Positions 44,846 through 54,166 of a DNA stretch of 64,000 nt are shown here, one piece after another. This DNA is from Bacteroidota bacterium. Lineage in GTDB: Bacteria; Bacteroidota; Bacteroidia; Bacteroidales; UBA10428. The DNA is taken from positions 22,598 to 86,597 of the forward strand of contig QKEH01000139.1 of assembly GCA_003252385.1 (NCBI GenBank). The letters are read 5' to 3'. Each line of letters opens with the position of its first letter. Position 1 is the first letter of the stretch. Made by a program: the position numbers and the translations under genes. Under the pieces are notes generated by a model, which ran no database searches, was not told the origin of the DNA, and saw nothing but the letters and a program-made list of their open reading frames with translations.

Positions 44846-45835
44846 CTAAACCAGGAAATTTAAAGCTAAGGGCGCTATAATAAGAAACAATAATAATAAG
44901 CGGGTGAAGATGGAGACCTTACATTCGGTGAAATATACTGCCAAGAGAACGGAGATGGGAACTGCCATGAGGTAAAATACCTCCGAACCAACTGAGGGGA
45001 TTAACAACCCACAAAACAGGATATTAAGGAACAATAAGAAAAGTATCTGTAAGAGCTTGCGCACCTGTATTTTCGAGGTCGAAAACTTTCGTATGGCATA
45101 TAAGCTGGCCACAACTGCTGACAACATATAAAGTAACACACTGCTAATTAGCTGCCAAGAGGTAAAATAACTCTTACCAAGTACAACCCAGGACTTCAAA
45201 CTATCCCATGACGATGAAATAGAAATACCCAGGATATAGGCTGCTGTTAGAAGATAAATGGCAGGAATGATTAAACCAATAACGCTAAATAGCAACTCGC
45301 GCCAGTTCGATGGACGCAATATCCACTGCGAAAGCCATAAAAATGGGAATAGAAAAACAAGGTTAAAATAAAACATACTCCCAACAGCCAGCAACATACC
45401 TGCATCCAGGAAACGATAGGAAGTTCCTCGTTCATCAATGGCACCAACCACCCTTTCCAATACTAAAATTAGGAAGACTGCTGCCAGCAAGGCTCCAGAA
45501 TACAATTCGCTATGCAATGCAAAAACAGAAATAGCCAGGTAAAAAAGTGCAGTAAATTGAGATCGGCTCGAAACCAATTGATGACGAATTACAATGCGGG
45601 TTATTCCAAATGCCCCTAACAGCAATACCGCCATTAGAAACACCAGCACCAGTGCCTTGGCATTCTGATTGGATGTAAACTCGTGATACTCTCCCTGAAT
45701 AAATGGCGCTCCGAAAATAGAGGTTTGTATAAAATGTTTTCCCGGCGAAAAGTACGTAGTCAATACGGCGCTAACACCATAAAAGAATATGAGTAGAATA
45801 AAAAACTGATGATTTCGGCGTAAAGTACGTATCAT
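44846..45835 (-). CDS. Polytopic membrane protein, unknown function
   Basis: 329 aa, almost entirely hydrophobic segments (about 9 TM). I recognised no motif. Confidence 0.5.
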   Translation of the reverse strand: MIRTLRRNHQFFILLIFFYGVSAVLTTYFSPGKHFIQTSIFGAPFIQGEYHEFTSNQNAKALVLVFLMAVLLLGAFGITRIVIRHQLVSSRSQFTALFYLAISVFALHSELYSGALLAAVFLILVLERVVGAIDERGTSYRFLDAGMLLAVGSMFYFNLVFLFPFLWLSQWILRPSNWRELLFSVIGLIIPAIYLLTAAYILGISISSSWDSLKSWVVLGKSYFTSWQLISSVLLYMLSAVVASLYAIRKFSTSKIQVRKLLQILFLLFLNILFCGLLIPSVGSEVFYLMAVPISVLLAVYFTECKVSIFTRLLLLFLIIAPLALNFLV

Positions 45836-45847
45836 GAGTATACCACA

Positions 45848-45883
45848 TAAAAAAACGGCTGAAAGTAAAATTTCTCAGCCGTT
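45848..45883 (-). terminator. Rho-independent terminator of trxA
   Basis: AACGGCTGA (45854-45862) pairs with TCAGCCGTT (45875-45883). The minus strand then has a T-run (complement of the A-run at 45848-45855). Confidence 0.75.
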
Positions 45884-45899
45884 AACCAATCCGTGTATC

Positions 45900-46217
45900 T
45901 TAAAGCAGGGCTTCCAACTTGGTTACCAAAACATTTTTTGGACATGCTCCCACTTGCTTATCCTTTACCTGACCATTCTGAAAATACAAAATGGTTGGAA
46001 TATTACGAATTCCGTATTTGGCGGCCACTCCAGGATTACTATCCACATCAAGTTTACCAACTATTGCCCGGCCTGAAAAATCCTCTCCAATTTCAGCAAC
46101 GATTGGTCCAACCATGCGACATGGTCCACACCATTCTGCCCAAAAGTCAACAATTACAGGTTTGTCTGATTGGAGCACAATTTCTTCAAAATTCGCATCT
46201 GTAATTTCTAATGCCAT
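45900..46217 (-). CDS. trxA: Thioredoxin
   Basis: 105 aa with VDFWAEWCGPCRM (active site) and IRNIPT. Confidence 0.9.
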   Translation of the reverse strand: MALEITDANFEEIVLQSDKPVIVDFWAEWCGPCRMVGPIVAEIGEDFSGRAIVGKLDVDSNPGVAAKYGIRNIPTILYFQNGQVKDKQVGACPKNVLVTKLEALL

Positions 46218-46367
46218 TATCTTAATTTTTTAAAATGAATACTTGATTCTCTTTATGGGAAACAAAAATAATAAAATAAAGGTTGCTTGCCAGGAAAGTA
46301 ACTAAATAGCTAAGGCAGTGTTGCAGATAAACCTCCTGAACTTCCCTAATGCTCCGGTCCTCCCTGA

Positions 46368-46925
46368 CTAAGCCCAATCTGCTACCAACATGGCTTGAGC
46401 CAGCTGATTGGCTCGATCACGCCCTTGAAGCTGTTCCACTACTTTGAGTGAAAAATAAAGTGCGGTTCCAGGACCTCTTCCGGTTATAATATTTCCGGCT
46501 ACGCATGCCGCATCGTATTTCACCGAAGCACCAGTAAGGGTGTTTTCGAAGCCCGGATAACAAACTGCATTCTTTCCTTCCAGTAAGTCTAAACCACCCA
46601 GAACCATAGGCGCCGCACAAATGGCAGCCACGTATTTACCCTGTCTGGCAAAGTTGGTGAGTTGCCGGCCCAACGCCTGATGTTCCTGTAAATGTTTTGA
46701 TCCGGGCATCCCCCCGGGAAGGATGAGTACTTCTGCCGACGGATAATCGGCATCTTCGAACAGGCAGTCGGCGGTAATTTTAATCTGATGGGCTCCTATC
46801 ACCTGCAAACTTCCACTAATGGACACCATGGTAACATCAACTGCTGCTCTTCGCAACACGTCCACAATGGTTATGGCCTCTATTTCCTCGAATCCATTAG
46901 CGAGATGAACAAATGCTTTTTTCAT
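46368..46925 (-). CDS. DJ-1/PfpI family protein (YajL/ThiJ-like)
   Basis: LANGFEEIEA, LILPGGMPG and the nucleophile-elbow AAICAAP. Confidence 0.85.
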   Translation of the reverse strand: MKKAFVHLANGFEEIEAITIVDVLRRAAVDVTMVSISGSLQVIGAHQIKITADCLFEDADYPSAEVLILPGGMPGSKHLQEHQALGRQLTNFARQGKYVAAICAAPMVLGGLDLLEGKNAVCYPGFENTLTGASVKYDAACVAGNIITGRGPGTALYFSLKVVEQLQGRDRANQLAQAMLVADWA

Positions 46926-46977
46926 GACTTTGAAACTTGTGGGGTAAAGCTACGATATTTTCCTTTGGAGATTGGAC

Positions 46978-49900
46978 TTATATCCACTTCAACAGGGCAA
47001 AATCCTGTCGGTGTGCCAACTTCTCGTGTTTGGGGAAAATTCGAACTCCATATTCAAAAGTTCCAGGCCGATCGCTCCGTAAGTCGCATGTGTACGTGGC
47101 TATTCCTGAATTAACATTCGAAAGGTTAAAGGAATGCACCTCCACCAACTCTTTCATATCCTGAGTGGTTATTAACTCCACCCCAATGTGTTCAGGCTCG
47201 ATACCATCGAGTTTCAGGCTCACCTCCCCCTTATAAGGTGTTCCGGTATCCAATATCTCCAGGTTCGGATCAAATAAATTCATACGAACTACCTCAATAT
47301 TCCCCCAGGCGCGAGCGACACTTCGTTTCCAGGATGCAATATTTTTTGCTAAAGCATACTCGTTTCCCAGCATATTAACCGATCGTTCGTAAAGCCGGGT
47401 ATAGTATCTTTCCTGATAATCGGTAATCATTCGTCGGGTAGTAAATTTTGGCGAAACCCCGGCTATCGTATTTTTAATATAGGATACCCATTGAGATGAG
47501 TAACTTTTACCATTTCGTTTATAAAATGCAGGAAGTATTTCATTTTCAAATAAGCTATAAATCACTTCCGCATCGAGATTATCCTGAAAGACCTGATTCT
47601 CGTAGGTACGAACGTTGGTTAATGCCCAGCCGGCATCGGGCTGATAGCCTTCCACCCACCAGCCATCGAGTACACTGAAATGTAGGGTTCCGTTCATTAC
47701 CGCCTTCTCGCCACTGGTTCCTGAAGCCTCTAAAGGACGTGTTGGTGTATTCAACCAAATATCGGCTCCGGAGACCAAAAGTTTTGCCAAACCAATACTA
47801 TAGTTTTGCAGGAAAAGAATTTTCCCCAGAAATTCTGGTTTCTTAGAATAGTCGGTAATCATCTTGATTAGCGCCTGTCCGGCTTTATCGGCCGGGTGAG
47901 CCTTGCCTGCAAAAATAAACTGCAAGGGCATTTCCGGGTTGTTTAACAATGCCGCCAAACGTTCGGGATTATTGAACAACAAGTGAGCCCGTTTATAGGT
48001 GGCAAACCTTCGGGCAAATACCACGGTAAGTGCTTTATCGGATAGCTTGTTGTTAATAGCCATAATTTGCTTTGGATCCTCGTGCCGTTTGATCCAGTTT
48101 TCCTTGAACCGCTCCTTAACTGCTAATATTAATTTGGTTCGCAGTTGCTGTTTAATATCCCAGATTCGTTGGTCATCGTAATCGTAGATCCGGCTCCAAA
48201 GAACACGTTCCATTTGCCGATCCACAAAATTTCCTTCGAACATTTCGTTATAAAGTTGCTTCCATTCTTTGGAAGTCCAGGTGGGCCAATGAACTCCGTT
48301 GGTCACATAACCCACGGGGAGTTCTTCGGACAGGTAACCGGGCCATAAGCAGGTGAACATATCTCGGGTAACTGCTCCATGTAACATAGATACCCCATTG
48401 ACTTCCTGGGCAAAATGTGTAGCCAGATAGCTCATATTAAATTCTTCTTTCCAGTCGTTAGGGTTTGCCCTACCCAAAGCCATAAACTGATCCCATTTTA
48501 GTTTTAAACGATCGGGATAATGCCCCATGTATTTTCGGAGCATATTTTCATCGAAGTGATCGTGCCCTGCCGGAACTGGTGTATGGGTTGTAAATAGGGT
48601 AGATGAACGAACAATTTCTTTTGCCTCCTGGAAAGTAAGTTGTTCATTTTGCATATACTGACGTACCCGTTCCAATCCATTAAACGCGCTGTGTCCTTCG
48701 TTGCTATGGTACAGATCGGGATTGTATCCAAGTATATCGAGTGCGCGTATTCCCCCAACACCCAGAAGAATTTCCTGTTTGAGTCTGTTTTCTTTATCTC
48801 CCCCGTATAATTTATGCGATACGCCCCGGTCTTCGGGAAGGTTCATCTCGAAATCGGTGTCTAACAACAAAAGTACAATGCGCCCCACATGAAGCTTCCA
48901 GATTCTTGAATACAGGATGCGGCCGGGAAGCATCATTTGAACGGTTGCATAATTCCCATCTTCGTCTTTCACAGGCTCAATAGGGATTTTTGAGAAATGC
49001 TGATAATCGTAATCGGCTTGCTGTTCACCCTGGGTAGTTATTACCTGGCTAAAATAACCGTATCGATACAGAAGACCCACTCCAACCAGATTCACTTTGG
49101 CATCACTGGCTTCTTTAAGGTAATCTCCTGCCAGTATTCCTAAGCCGCCAGAATAAAGCTTCAAGCTGTCATGAAAACCGAATTCCATACTGAAGTAGGC
49201 GATTAAGGGCGAGGACAATTCCTTTGTCCCTTCCATGTACTGACTGAAGCGATCGTATACCCGTTGGAGTTTCCCCAGATAAACCTCATCTTTCGACAAG
49301 GCCTTCAAACGTTTATAGGCCACCTGTTCAAATAGAATTAACGGATTAAAATCACTGGATCTCCAAATATCGGGTGCGATTTCTTCGAAGAGTTCCTGAG
49401 CTTCATCGTCCCAGGACCACCAGATATTATTGGCAATTATATTAAGTTTCTCGAGTGGTTCGGGAAGTTTTGATCGTATTACAATTCGCTTCCATTTGGG
49501 CTCATCAGCCAATGGTTCAACAATTTCGTGAGATTGCTCTACGGGCCGCTCATCAATGGCTACAAAGGCGTCAACCCGTTGTAACGTTTTTTGAATTGCT
49601 TTTGAATAGGCTGTTCGATAATTTTCAATCAAGTTGGACCATAGCGCTGTCTTGGACAATTTCATCGCATTCTGGTGGATTTCCATCCGTTCCTCATCCG
49701 AGGCCTCATAGACCTGCAAGATTGCGTGCTGCAACCGATCCACTATATGTTGGTCCGAAACGTTGGAAGTGTCAATGATGGCAATGGCTTTACAATTGCT
49801 CTGACAGGCATCTTTGATCCATCGTCCGATACCGGCATGAGTGGTAGTAATGGTAGGTACCCCATACGAAATACTTTCGAGGGGGGTATAACCCCATGGC

Positions 49901-51210
49901 TCGTAATAGGATGCAAAAGAGGTCTGGTCGCAACCAATCAGAGTATCGTAATAGTTATAGCCCATAATTCCGTCTGAACCATTCAGGTAGCAGGGAACGT
50001 AAACCACTTTCACATTTTTATCGGTATTCTTATCCAGTCCCTGTGCCTGCAAGCGTTTAAGGATGGGATCCATCTCAGGATCGTGAAGATAGTGGGTAAG
50101 AATACGGGAACCTTGTTTAAGTTCAGTTCCGGATTGTATGGCATCCTGCAAATCCTTCCGGGGACCATAATGGTTTGCAGGACTGAGCAGGAAGGCTACA
50201 ATGGGGCGATCGAGTTTTTGATTTCGCAAACTGTTTATGGTATCAATAAACAGGTCGATACCCTTATTCTTAAACTCGTAACGACCACTTGTAGCAATAA
50301 CGTATGCGTTATCGGGAATCTTTTCATTCAATAATGCGGAAGCAACCTGAAGCATTCTGCTACGGGCCTGACTGCGCTTGTTATCATAATCGGACTCGGA
50401 AGGTAAGGTGCTTACTTCAAATCCATTAGGAAGAATCAGATCCGCATTTTTATTTAAAAAATGCTTGCATTCCAGTGCGGTGATATCGCTTACTGTGGAA
50501 AAAATATCGGCTTCGTGAGCTGAAATTTTTTCTAACGATTGCTTGGAGACAATTTTATATTCACGAGCCAGGTCTTCGACATTATAATGCTCCATTTCCT
50601 CGTAAAGTGGCTTGTAATGTCCGGAAAGCGTGCGCCCCATAATGGTAGCATGAGTAGTAAAGATGGTTGCTGCCTGAGGCAGAGATCGTTTCAGATAAAG
50701 TATTCCGCAACCCGACATCCATTCGTGAAACTGAGCTACCACCTTGTCGGTTTTGGTAAGGGAGAAAAGAACGAAATTTTCGATCAACTTTCCGGTAGCA
50801 TAGCCGAATAATACCGGTTCGATATAGTCCCACTGCCCAGAGATAGAGTCGAGCTTATAGGTCTCCCACATTTCTGTAAATATTTCATCCTTCTTCGTGA
50901 TGAAGTTGGTAAAATCAATCAGCACGGTGATAGGTCGTCCCGGAACTTTCCACCGCCCAATTTTTATCCGGAATCCATCGGCCTCAGCATGCATGCGCCA
51001 ATCAGCAAGCAGCTGCGTATCCTGTTCAAATTCAGGATTCATTCCTGAATCGTGTACCAGATCGGGGCCAAACAGAATGTACTTGTTCTCAAATTGCTGC
51101 ACTAAACTAAGGGCTTTAGATGATAATACGGTATGCATGCCCCCTATTTGGTTACATACTTCCCAACTCACTTCAAACAAATAATCCGGACTCAGTTTTT
51201 TATCAGACAT
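46978..51210 (-). CDS. Fusion protein: eukaryote-type GT3 glycogen synthase (N-terminal) plus GT35 alpha-glucan phosphorylase (C-terminal)
   Basis: One 1410-aa ORF. The N-terminus (YLFEVSWEVCNQIGGMHTVLSSKA...FHEWMSG) matches the GT3 glycogen synthase signature. From about aa 670, AYFSMEFGFHDSLKLYSGGLGILAGDYLKEASD...HSNEGHSAF...EASGTSGEKAVMNG (PLP-Lys region) matches the alpha-glucan phosphorylase family. Confidence 0.85.
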   Translation of the reverse strand: MSDKKLSPDYLFEVSWEVCNQIGGMHTVLSSKALSLVQQFENKYILFGPDLVHDSGMNPEFEQDTQLLADWRMHAEADGFRIKIGRWKVPGRPITVLIDFTNFITKKDEIFTEMWETYKLDSISGQWDYIEPVLFGYATGKLIENFVLFSLTKTDKVVAQFHEWMSGCGILYLKRSLPQAATIFTTHATIMGRTLSGHYKPLYEEMEHYNVEDLAREYKIVSKQSLEKISAHEADIFSTVSDITALECKHFLNKNADLILPNGFEVSTLPSESDYDNKRSQARSRMLQVASALLNEKIPDNAYVIATSGRYEFKNKGIDLFIDTINSLRNQKLDRPIVAFLLSPANHYGPRKDLQDAIQSGTELKQGSRILTHYLHDPEMDPILKRLQAQGLDKNTDKNVKVVYVPCYLNGSDGIMGYNYYDTLIGCDQTSFASYYEPWGYTPLESISYGVPTITTTHAGIGRWIKDACQSNCKAIAIIDTSNVSDQHIVDRLQHAILQVYEASDEERMEIHQNAMKLSKTALWSNLIENYRTAYSKAIQKTLQRVDAFVAIDERPVEQSHEIVEPLADEPKWKRIVIRSKLPEPLEKLNIIANNIWWSWDDEAQELFEEIAPDIWRSSDFNPLILFEQVAYKRLKALSKDEVYLGKLQRVYDRFSQYMEGTKELSSPLIAYFSMEFGFHDSLKLYSGGLGILAGDYLKEASDAKVNLVGVGLLYRYGYFSQVITTQGEQQADYDYQHFSKIPIEPVKDEDGNYATVQMMLPGRILYSRIWKLHVGRIVLLLLDTDFEMNLPEDRGVSHKLYGGDKENRLKQEILLGVGGIRALDILGYNPDLYHSNEGHSAFNGLERVRQYMQNEQLTFQEAKEIVRSSTLFTTHTPVPAGHDHFDENMLRKYMGHYPDRLKLKWDQFMALGRANPNDWKEEFNMSYLATHFAQEVNGVSMLHGAVTRDMFTCLWPGYLSEELPVGYVTNGVHWPTWTSKEWKQLYNEMFEGNFVDRQMERVLWSRIYDYDDQRIWDIKQQLRTKLILAVKERFKENWIKRHEDPKQIMAINNKLSDKALTVVFARRFATYKRAHLLFNNPERLAALLNNPEMPLQFIFAGKAHPADKAGQALIKMITDYSKKPEFLGKILFLQNYSIGLAKLLVSGADIWLNTPTRPLEASGTSGEKAVMNGTLHFSVLDGWWVEGYQPDAGWALTNVRTYENQVFQDNLDAEVIYSLFENEILPAFYKRNGKSYSSQWVSYIKNTIAGVSPKFTTRRMITDYQERYYTRLYERSVNMLGNEYALAKNIASWKRSVARAWGNIEVVRMNLFDPNLEILDTGTPYKGEVSLKLDGIEPEHIGVELITTQDMKELVEVHSFNLSNVNSGIATYTCDLRSDRPGTFEYGVRIFPKHEKLAHRQDFALLKWI

Positions 51211-51286
51211 TGCTTCCTGTATTAAAGTTTCTATTGGTATCCTTCCCTAATTTCTTCTACTAATGGAGAACAACCGGCTATGTGCA

Positions 51287-52768
51287 CTATGCCTTGGATG
51301 TTGTCTTTTTGATTGTCTTTTCGGGTTCCTTTTTTGTGGAATCCTTTTCGGAATTTTTCTTCGCGATGGAAGACTTGACATTTCCCCTTTTTACTGAATT
51401 TGCCTTTTTCTCGGCATCAGGCTCGCTTTTTGAGTCCCTGCCGTTGGTATTCAGAGTCTTTCGCTTCACTGTTTTCAGCCTTACTATCTCCTTCTCATAC
51501 TTCTCCAGTTGAAGGTTCTTTTCATAGATAATGGCGGCCAGGGTGGCGATTTCTTTTTCCGACTCACTCTCAGGCACCGATGCATTCACCCGCAAAATAA
51601 AATCGCTTAGAATGTTCATGTAGTTGATGTACGCATCGTAAGGTGAATCGAAGGGATTGAAATAGGAATGTACTTCGCCATCGCTGAATACCTTGGTGGA
51701 CATATAGTAAAAATGATCGCTGGCCTGAAGGTATTTCCAATCGGTAAGTATGTGCTTGTCTTCGCATTTAGTGATTTTACCCGTTAGGGCATACAAAGCA
51801 TTAAAGGCATTTTCCTGCATGTCGTTACCCAGCCAGGCAGTAAGGTCGCGTTCTTCATCGGCCCACGAAATTGGATACGGTACATTAACCGCTGCAATCG
51901 GCTGCAGGTTTTCAGCCACTTCGGAGGGAGTACTGAAGGTGAGCTTGGTTTTTTTGAATACGACTTTTGGAAAACTCTCCAGAAATTTTAATATTCCGCT
52001 TTCCTTTTCCTGGTGCTCCCCAAAGGTTTCGTAGTCCATAAACAGGTTAATGGTTTCTTCCTTGTCATCGGTATTTTTTAACCAGGAAACGAATTTGTCG
52101 GCAGTTAAAGGATATTCTGCCCAGCCTTTATCCGAGAACCGAAATGCAATATCGTCGCTTAACTTGTAATTTTTAAGCAATACCTTCAACCTGGGATTGA
52201 TTGCGTTGTAATAAACGTAATTTGGACTTTTCCAACCTAAAATATGTTTTGCCCCCTCGGTTAGCATGGCTTTGTATCCCATGTCGGCAACTCGGGCGCC
52301 AATTTCGTCGGAATAAATTAGTTCGGTATTTCGGAATACGGTTGGCGTGATCCCAAAATAATCTTTTATTTTTTTAGAGTGCAATTCTACCTGCTTTCGG
52401 AATTCACTCTCCGAACTTAGCGATGCCAGGGAATGCGAATAGGTTTCGGCTAAAAATTCAACGGAACCGGTTTCTGCCAACTCTTTAAAACTATCAATCA
52501 CTTCCGGGGCATACAGTTTAAACTGGTCGAGAGCGATCCCCGATATGGAAAAGGCCACTTTAAACTTTATTCCGTATTCTCTGATCAGCGACAACAAGAT
52601 CTTGTTAGCAGGCAAATAGCACCTGTCCGCTACCTTTCTCATGATCGATTCGTTAAGGTAATCGTCGAAGTAGTACGAGTCGTTACCTATGTCAAAAAAT
52701 CGATACCGTTTAAATCGCATCGGTTGGTGTACTTGAAAATAAAGGCAAATCGTTTTCATTCCGTTCAA
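51287..52768 (-). CDS. GH57 family alpha-amylase-like glycoside hydrolase with Lys-rich C-terminal tail
   Basis: ICLYFQVHQPMRFKRYRFFDIG and ...YETFGEH are GH57 signatures. The last ~70 aa are K/S/E-rich and low in complexity. Confidence 0.8.
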   Translation of the reverse strand: MNGMKTICLYFQVHQPMRFKRYRFFDIGNDSYYFDDYLNESIMRKVADRCYLPANKILLSLIREYGIKFKVAFSISGIALDQFKLYAPEVIDSFKELAETGSVEFLAETYSHSLASLSSESEFRKQVELHSKKIKDYFGITPTVFRNTELIYSDEIGARVADMGYKAMLTEGAKHILGWKSPNYVYYNAINPRLKVLLKNYKLSDDIAFRFSDKGWAEYPLTADKFVSWLKNTDDKEETINLFMDYETFGEHQEKESGILKFLESFPKVVFKKTKLTFSTPSEVAENLQPIAAVNVPYPISWADEERDLTAWLGNDMQENAFNALYALTGKITKCEDKHILTDWKYLQASDHFYYMSTKVFSDGEVHSYFNPFDSPYDAYINYMNILSDFILRVNASVPESESEKEIATLAAIIYEKNLQLEKYEKEIVRLKTVKRKTLNTNGRDSKSEPDAEKKANSVKRGNVKSSIAKKNSEKDSTKKEPEKTIKKTTSKA

Positions 52769-52829
52769 TTTCTTATCTGGTTCTTTGGATTGGATCTAGC
52801 AGCTTCCAACAATATTCAGTGTCACAGGT

Positions 52830-54125
52830 CTAGGCCTGCTTTTTTAGCATCTCGTTATAAATATCCACTACTTTCACAGCCGTTTTTTCCCACTTCAGAT
52901 TATCCACTTCAGCTCTTCCGTACTTTTTAAAATAGCTTGACAAACCGCCATAGTTTAAAATCCCATATATGGCATCGGCCATGGCATGAACATCCCAAAA
53001 ATCGATTTTAATGGCATGCTTTAAAATTTCAGAAACTCCAGATTGACGGGAAATGATTACCGGTACATCGGACTGCATGGCCTCCAGGGGCGATATTCCG
53101 AAAGGTTCAGAAACCGAAGGCATTACGTACACATCGCTCAGGGCAAACATCCGTTGCACATCGTCTCCCTTTAAAAATCCGGTGAAGTGGAAACGATCGC
53201 CAATACCCAACTCGGAAACCCTGTGAATGGAACGAGCCAGCAGTTCGCCACTCCCGGCCATCACAAAACGAACATTGCGCATTTTATGATACACCATGTT
53301 GGCGGCTTCAATGAAATATTCGGGTCCTTTTTGCAAGGTTACCCGCCCGAGAAAGGTAACCACCGGTTCCTTCATCCGGCTTTCGCTTTGGCCGAGCCTT
53401 CTTTTCTTTGCCGGTTCTACAGCGTTGTACACGGTGTGTACCTTAGCCGGATCGACTCCGTAATTGTTTATTATGGTATTTCGAGTCAGATTACTTACGG
53501 CGATAATTTTATCGGCCGCATGCATTCCCCTCCTTTCAATATCATACACGCCGGGGTTAACGCTCCCTCCACTCCTGTCGAAATCCGTGGCATGCACATG
53601 GATCACCAGAGGTTTACCGCTAATTTCCTTGGCGGCAATGCCTGCGGGATAGGTGAGCCAGTCGTGAGCATGAATTACATCGTGTTCGTAATCGCGCCCG
53701 ATGTAGGAGGCAACGATGGCATAGTTAGCAATATCCTGAAATAAATTTGGCCCATAACCGGTGGAGAAATCAATTTTCCCGGAGTGCCGGGTGTTAATAA
53801 GCTCCTTTTTTTCAATCCCGTTTGACTCGGACAGTATTGCGTATTCTTCGGGTGTGGTGTAGGGTACCAAATTCGATCCAACCTGAATGTATTGAATCTT
53901 TCGCAGGTATTCTTCGTAATTCACATCCTTCTCCCCCAATGAAACATCGCTGGCACCAACCAGCCGGATACGTTGTTGATCTTCATCGCCAAATGCCTTT
54001 GGAACCACGAAGGTAATATCCATATTGCCCAGGGAGGTAAGCCCCCGGGTTAGCCCGTAACAGGCGGTACCTAAGCCTCCAGAGATATGTGGAGGGAATT
54101 CCCATCCGAACATCAGTACTTTCAT
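52830..54125 (-). CDS. GT4 glycosyltransferase (glycogen-synthase-like)
   Basis: MKVLMFGWEFPPHISGGLGTACYGL..., HAHDW and the C-terminal EPFGISPLEAM motif (E-x7-E). Confidence 0.8.
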   Translation of the reverse strand: MKVLMFGWEFPPHISGGLGTACYGLTRGLTSLGNMDITFVVPKAFGDEDQQRIRLVGASDVSLGEKDVNYEEYLRKIQYIQVGSNLVPYTTPEEYAILSESNGIEKKELINTRHSGKIDFSTGYGPNLFQDIANYAIVASYIGRDYEHDVIHAHDWLTYPAGIAAKEISGKPLVIHVHATDFDRSGGSVNPGVYDIERRGMHAADKIIAVSNLTRNTIINNYGVDPAKVHTVYNAVEPAKKRRLGQSESRMKEPVVTFLGRVTLQKGPEYFIEAANMVYHKMRNVRFVMAGSGELLARSIHRVSELGIGDRFHFTGFLKGDDVQRMFALSDVYVMPSVSEPFGISPLEAMQSDVPVIISRQSGVSEILKHAIKIDFWDVHAMADAIYGILNYGGLSSYFKKYGRAEVDNLKWEKTAVKVVDIYNEMLKKQA

Positions 54126-54166
54126 TTAAGTAGCTCTTATAGAGTAAGTATTTGGTTTTTGTATTT

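Noticed and set aside
51282-51512. Phe/Ser-rich 76-aa + strand ORF and the low-complexity DNA beneath it
   Set aside because: It is the antisense of the Lys/Glu/Ser-rich C-terminal tail of the GH57 enzyme. That tail is a disordered extension of that gene, not a separate feature.
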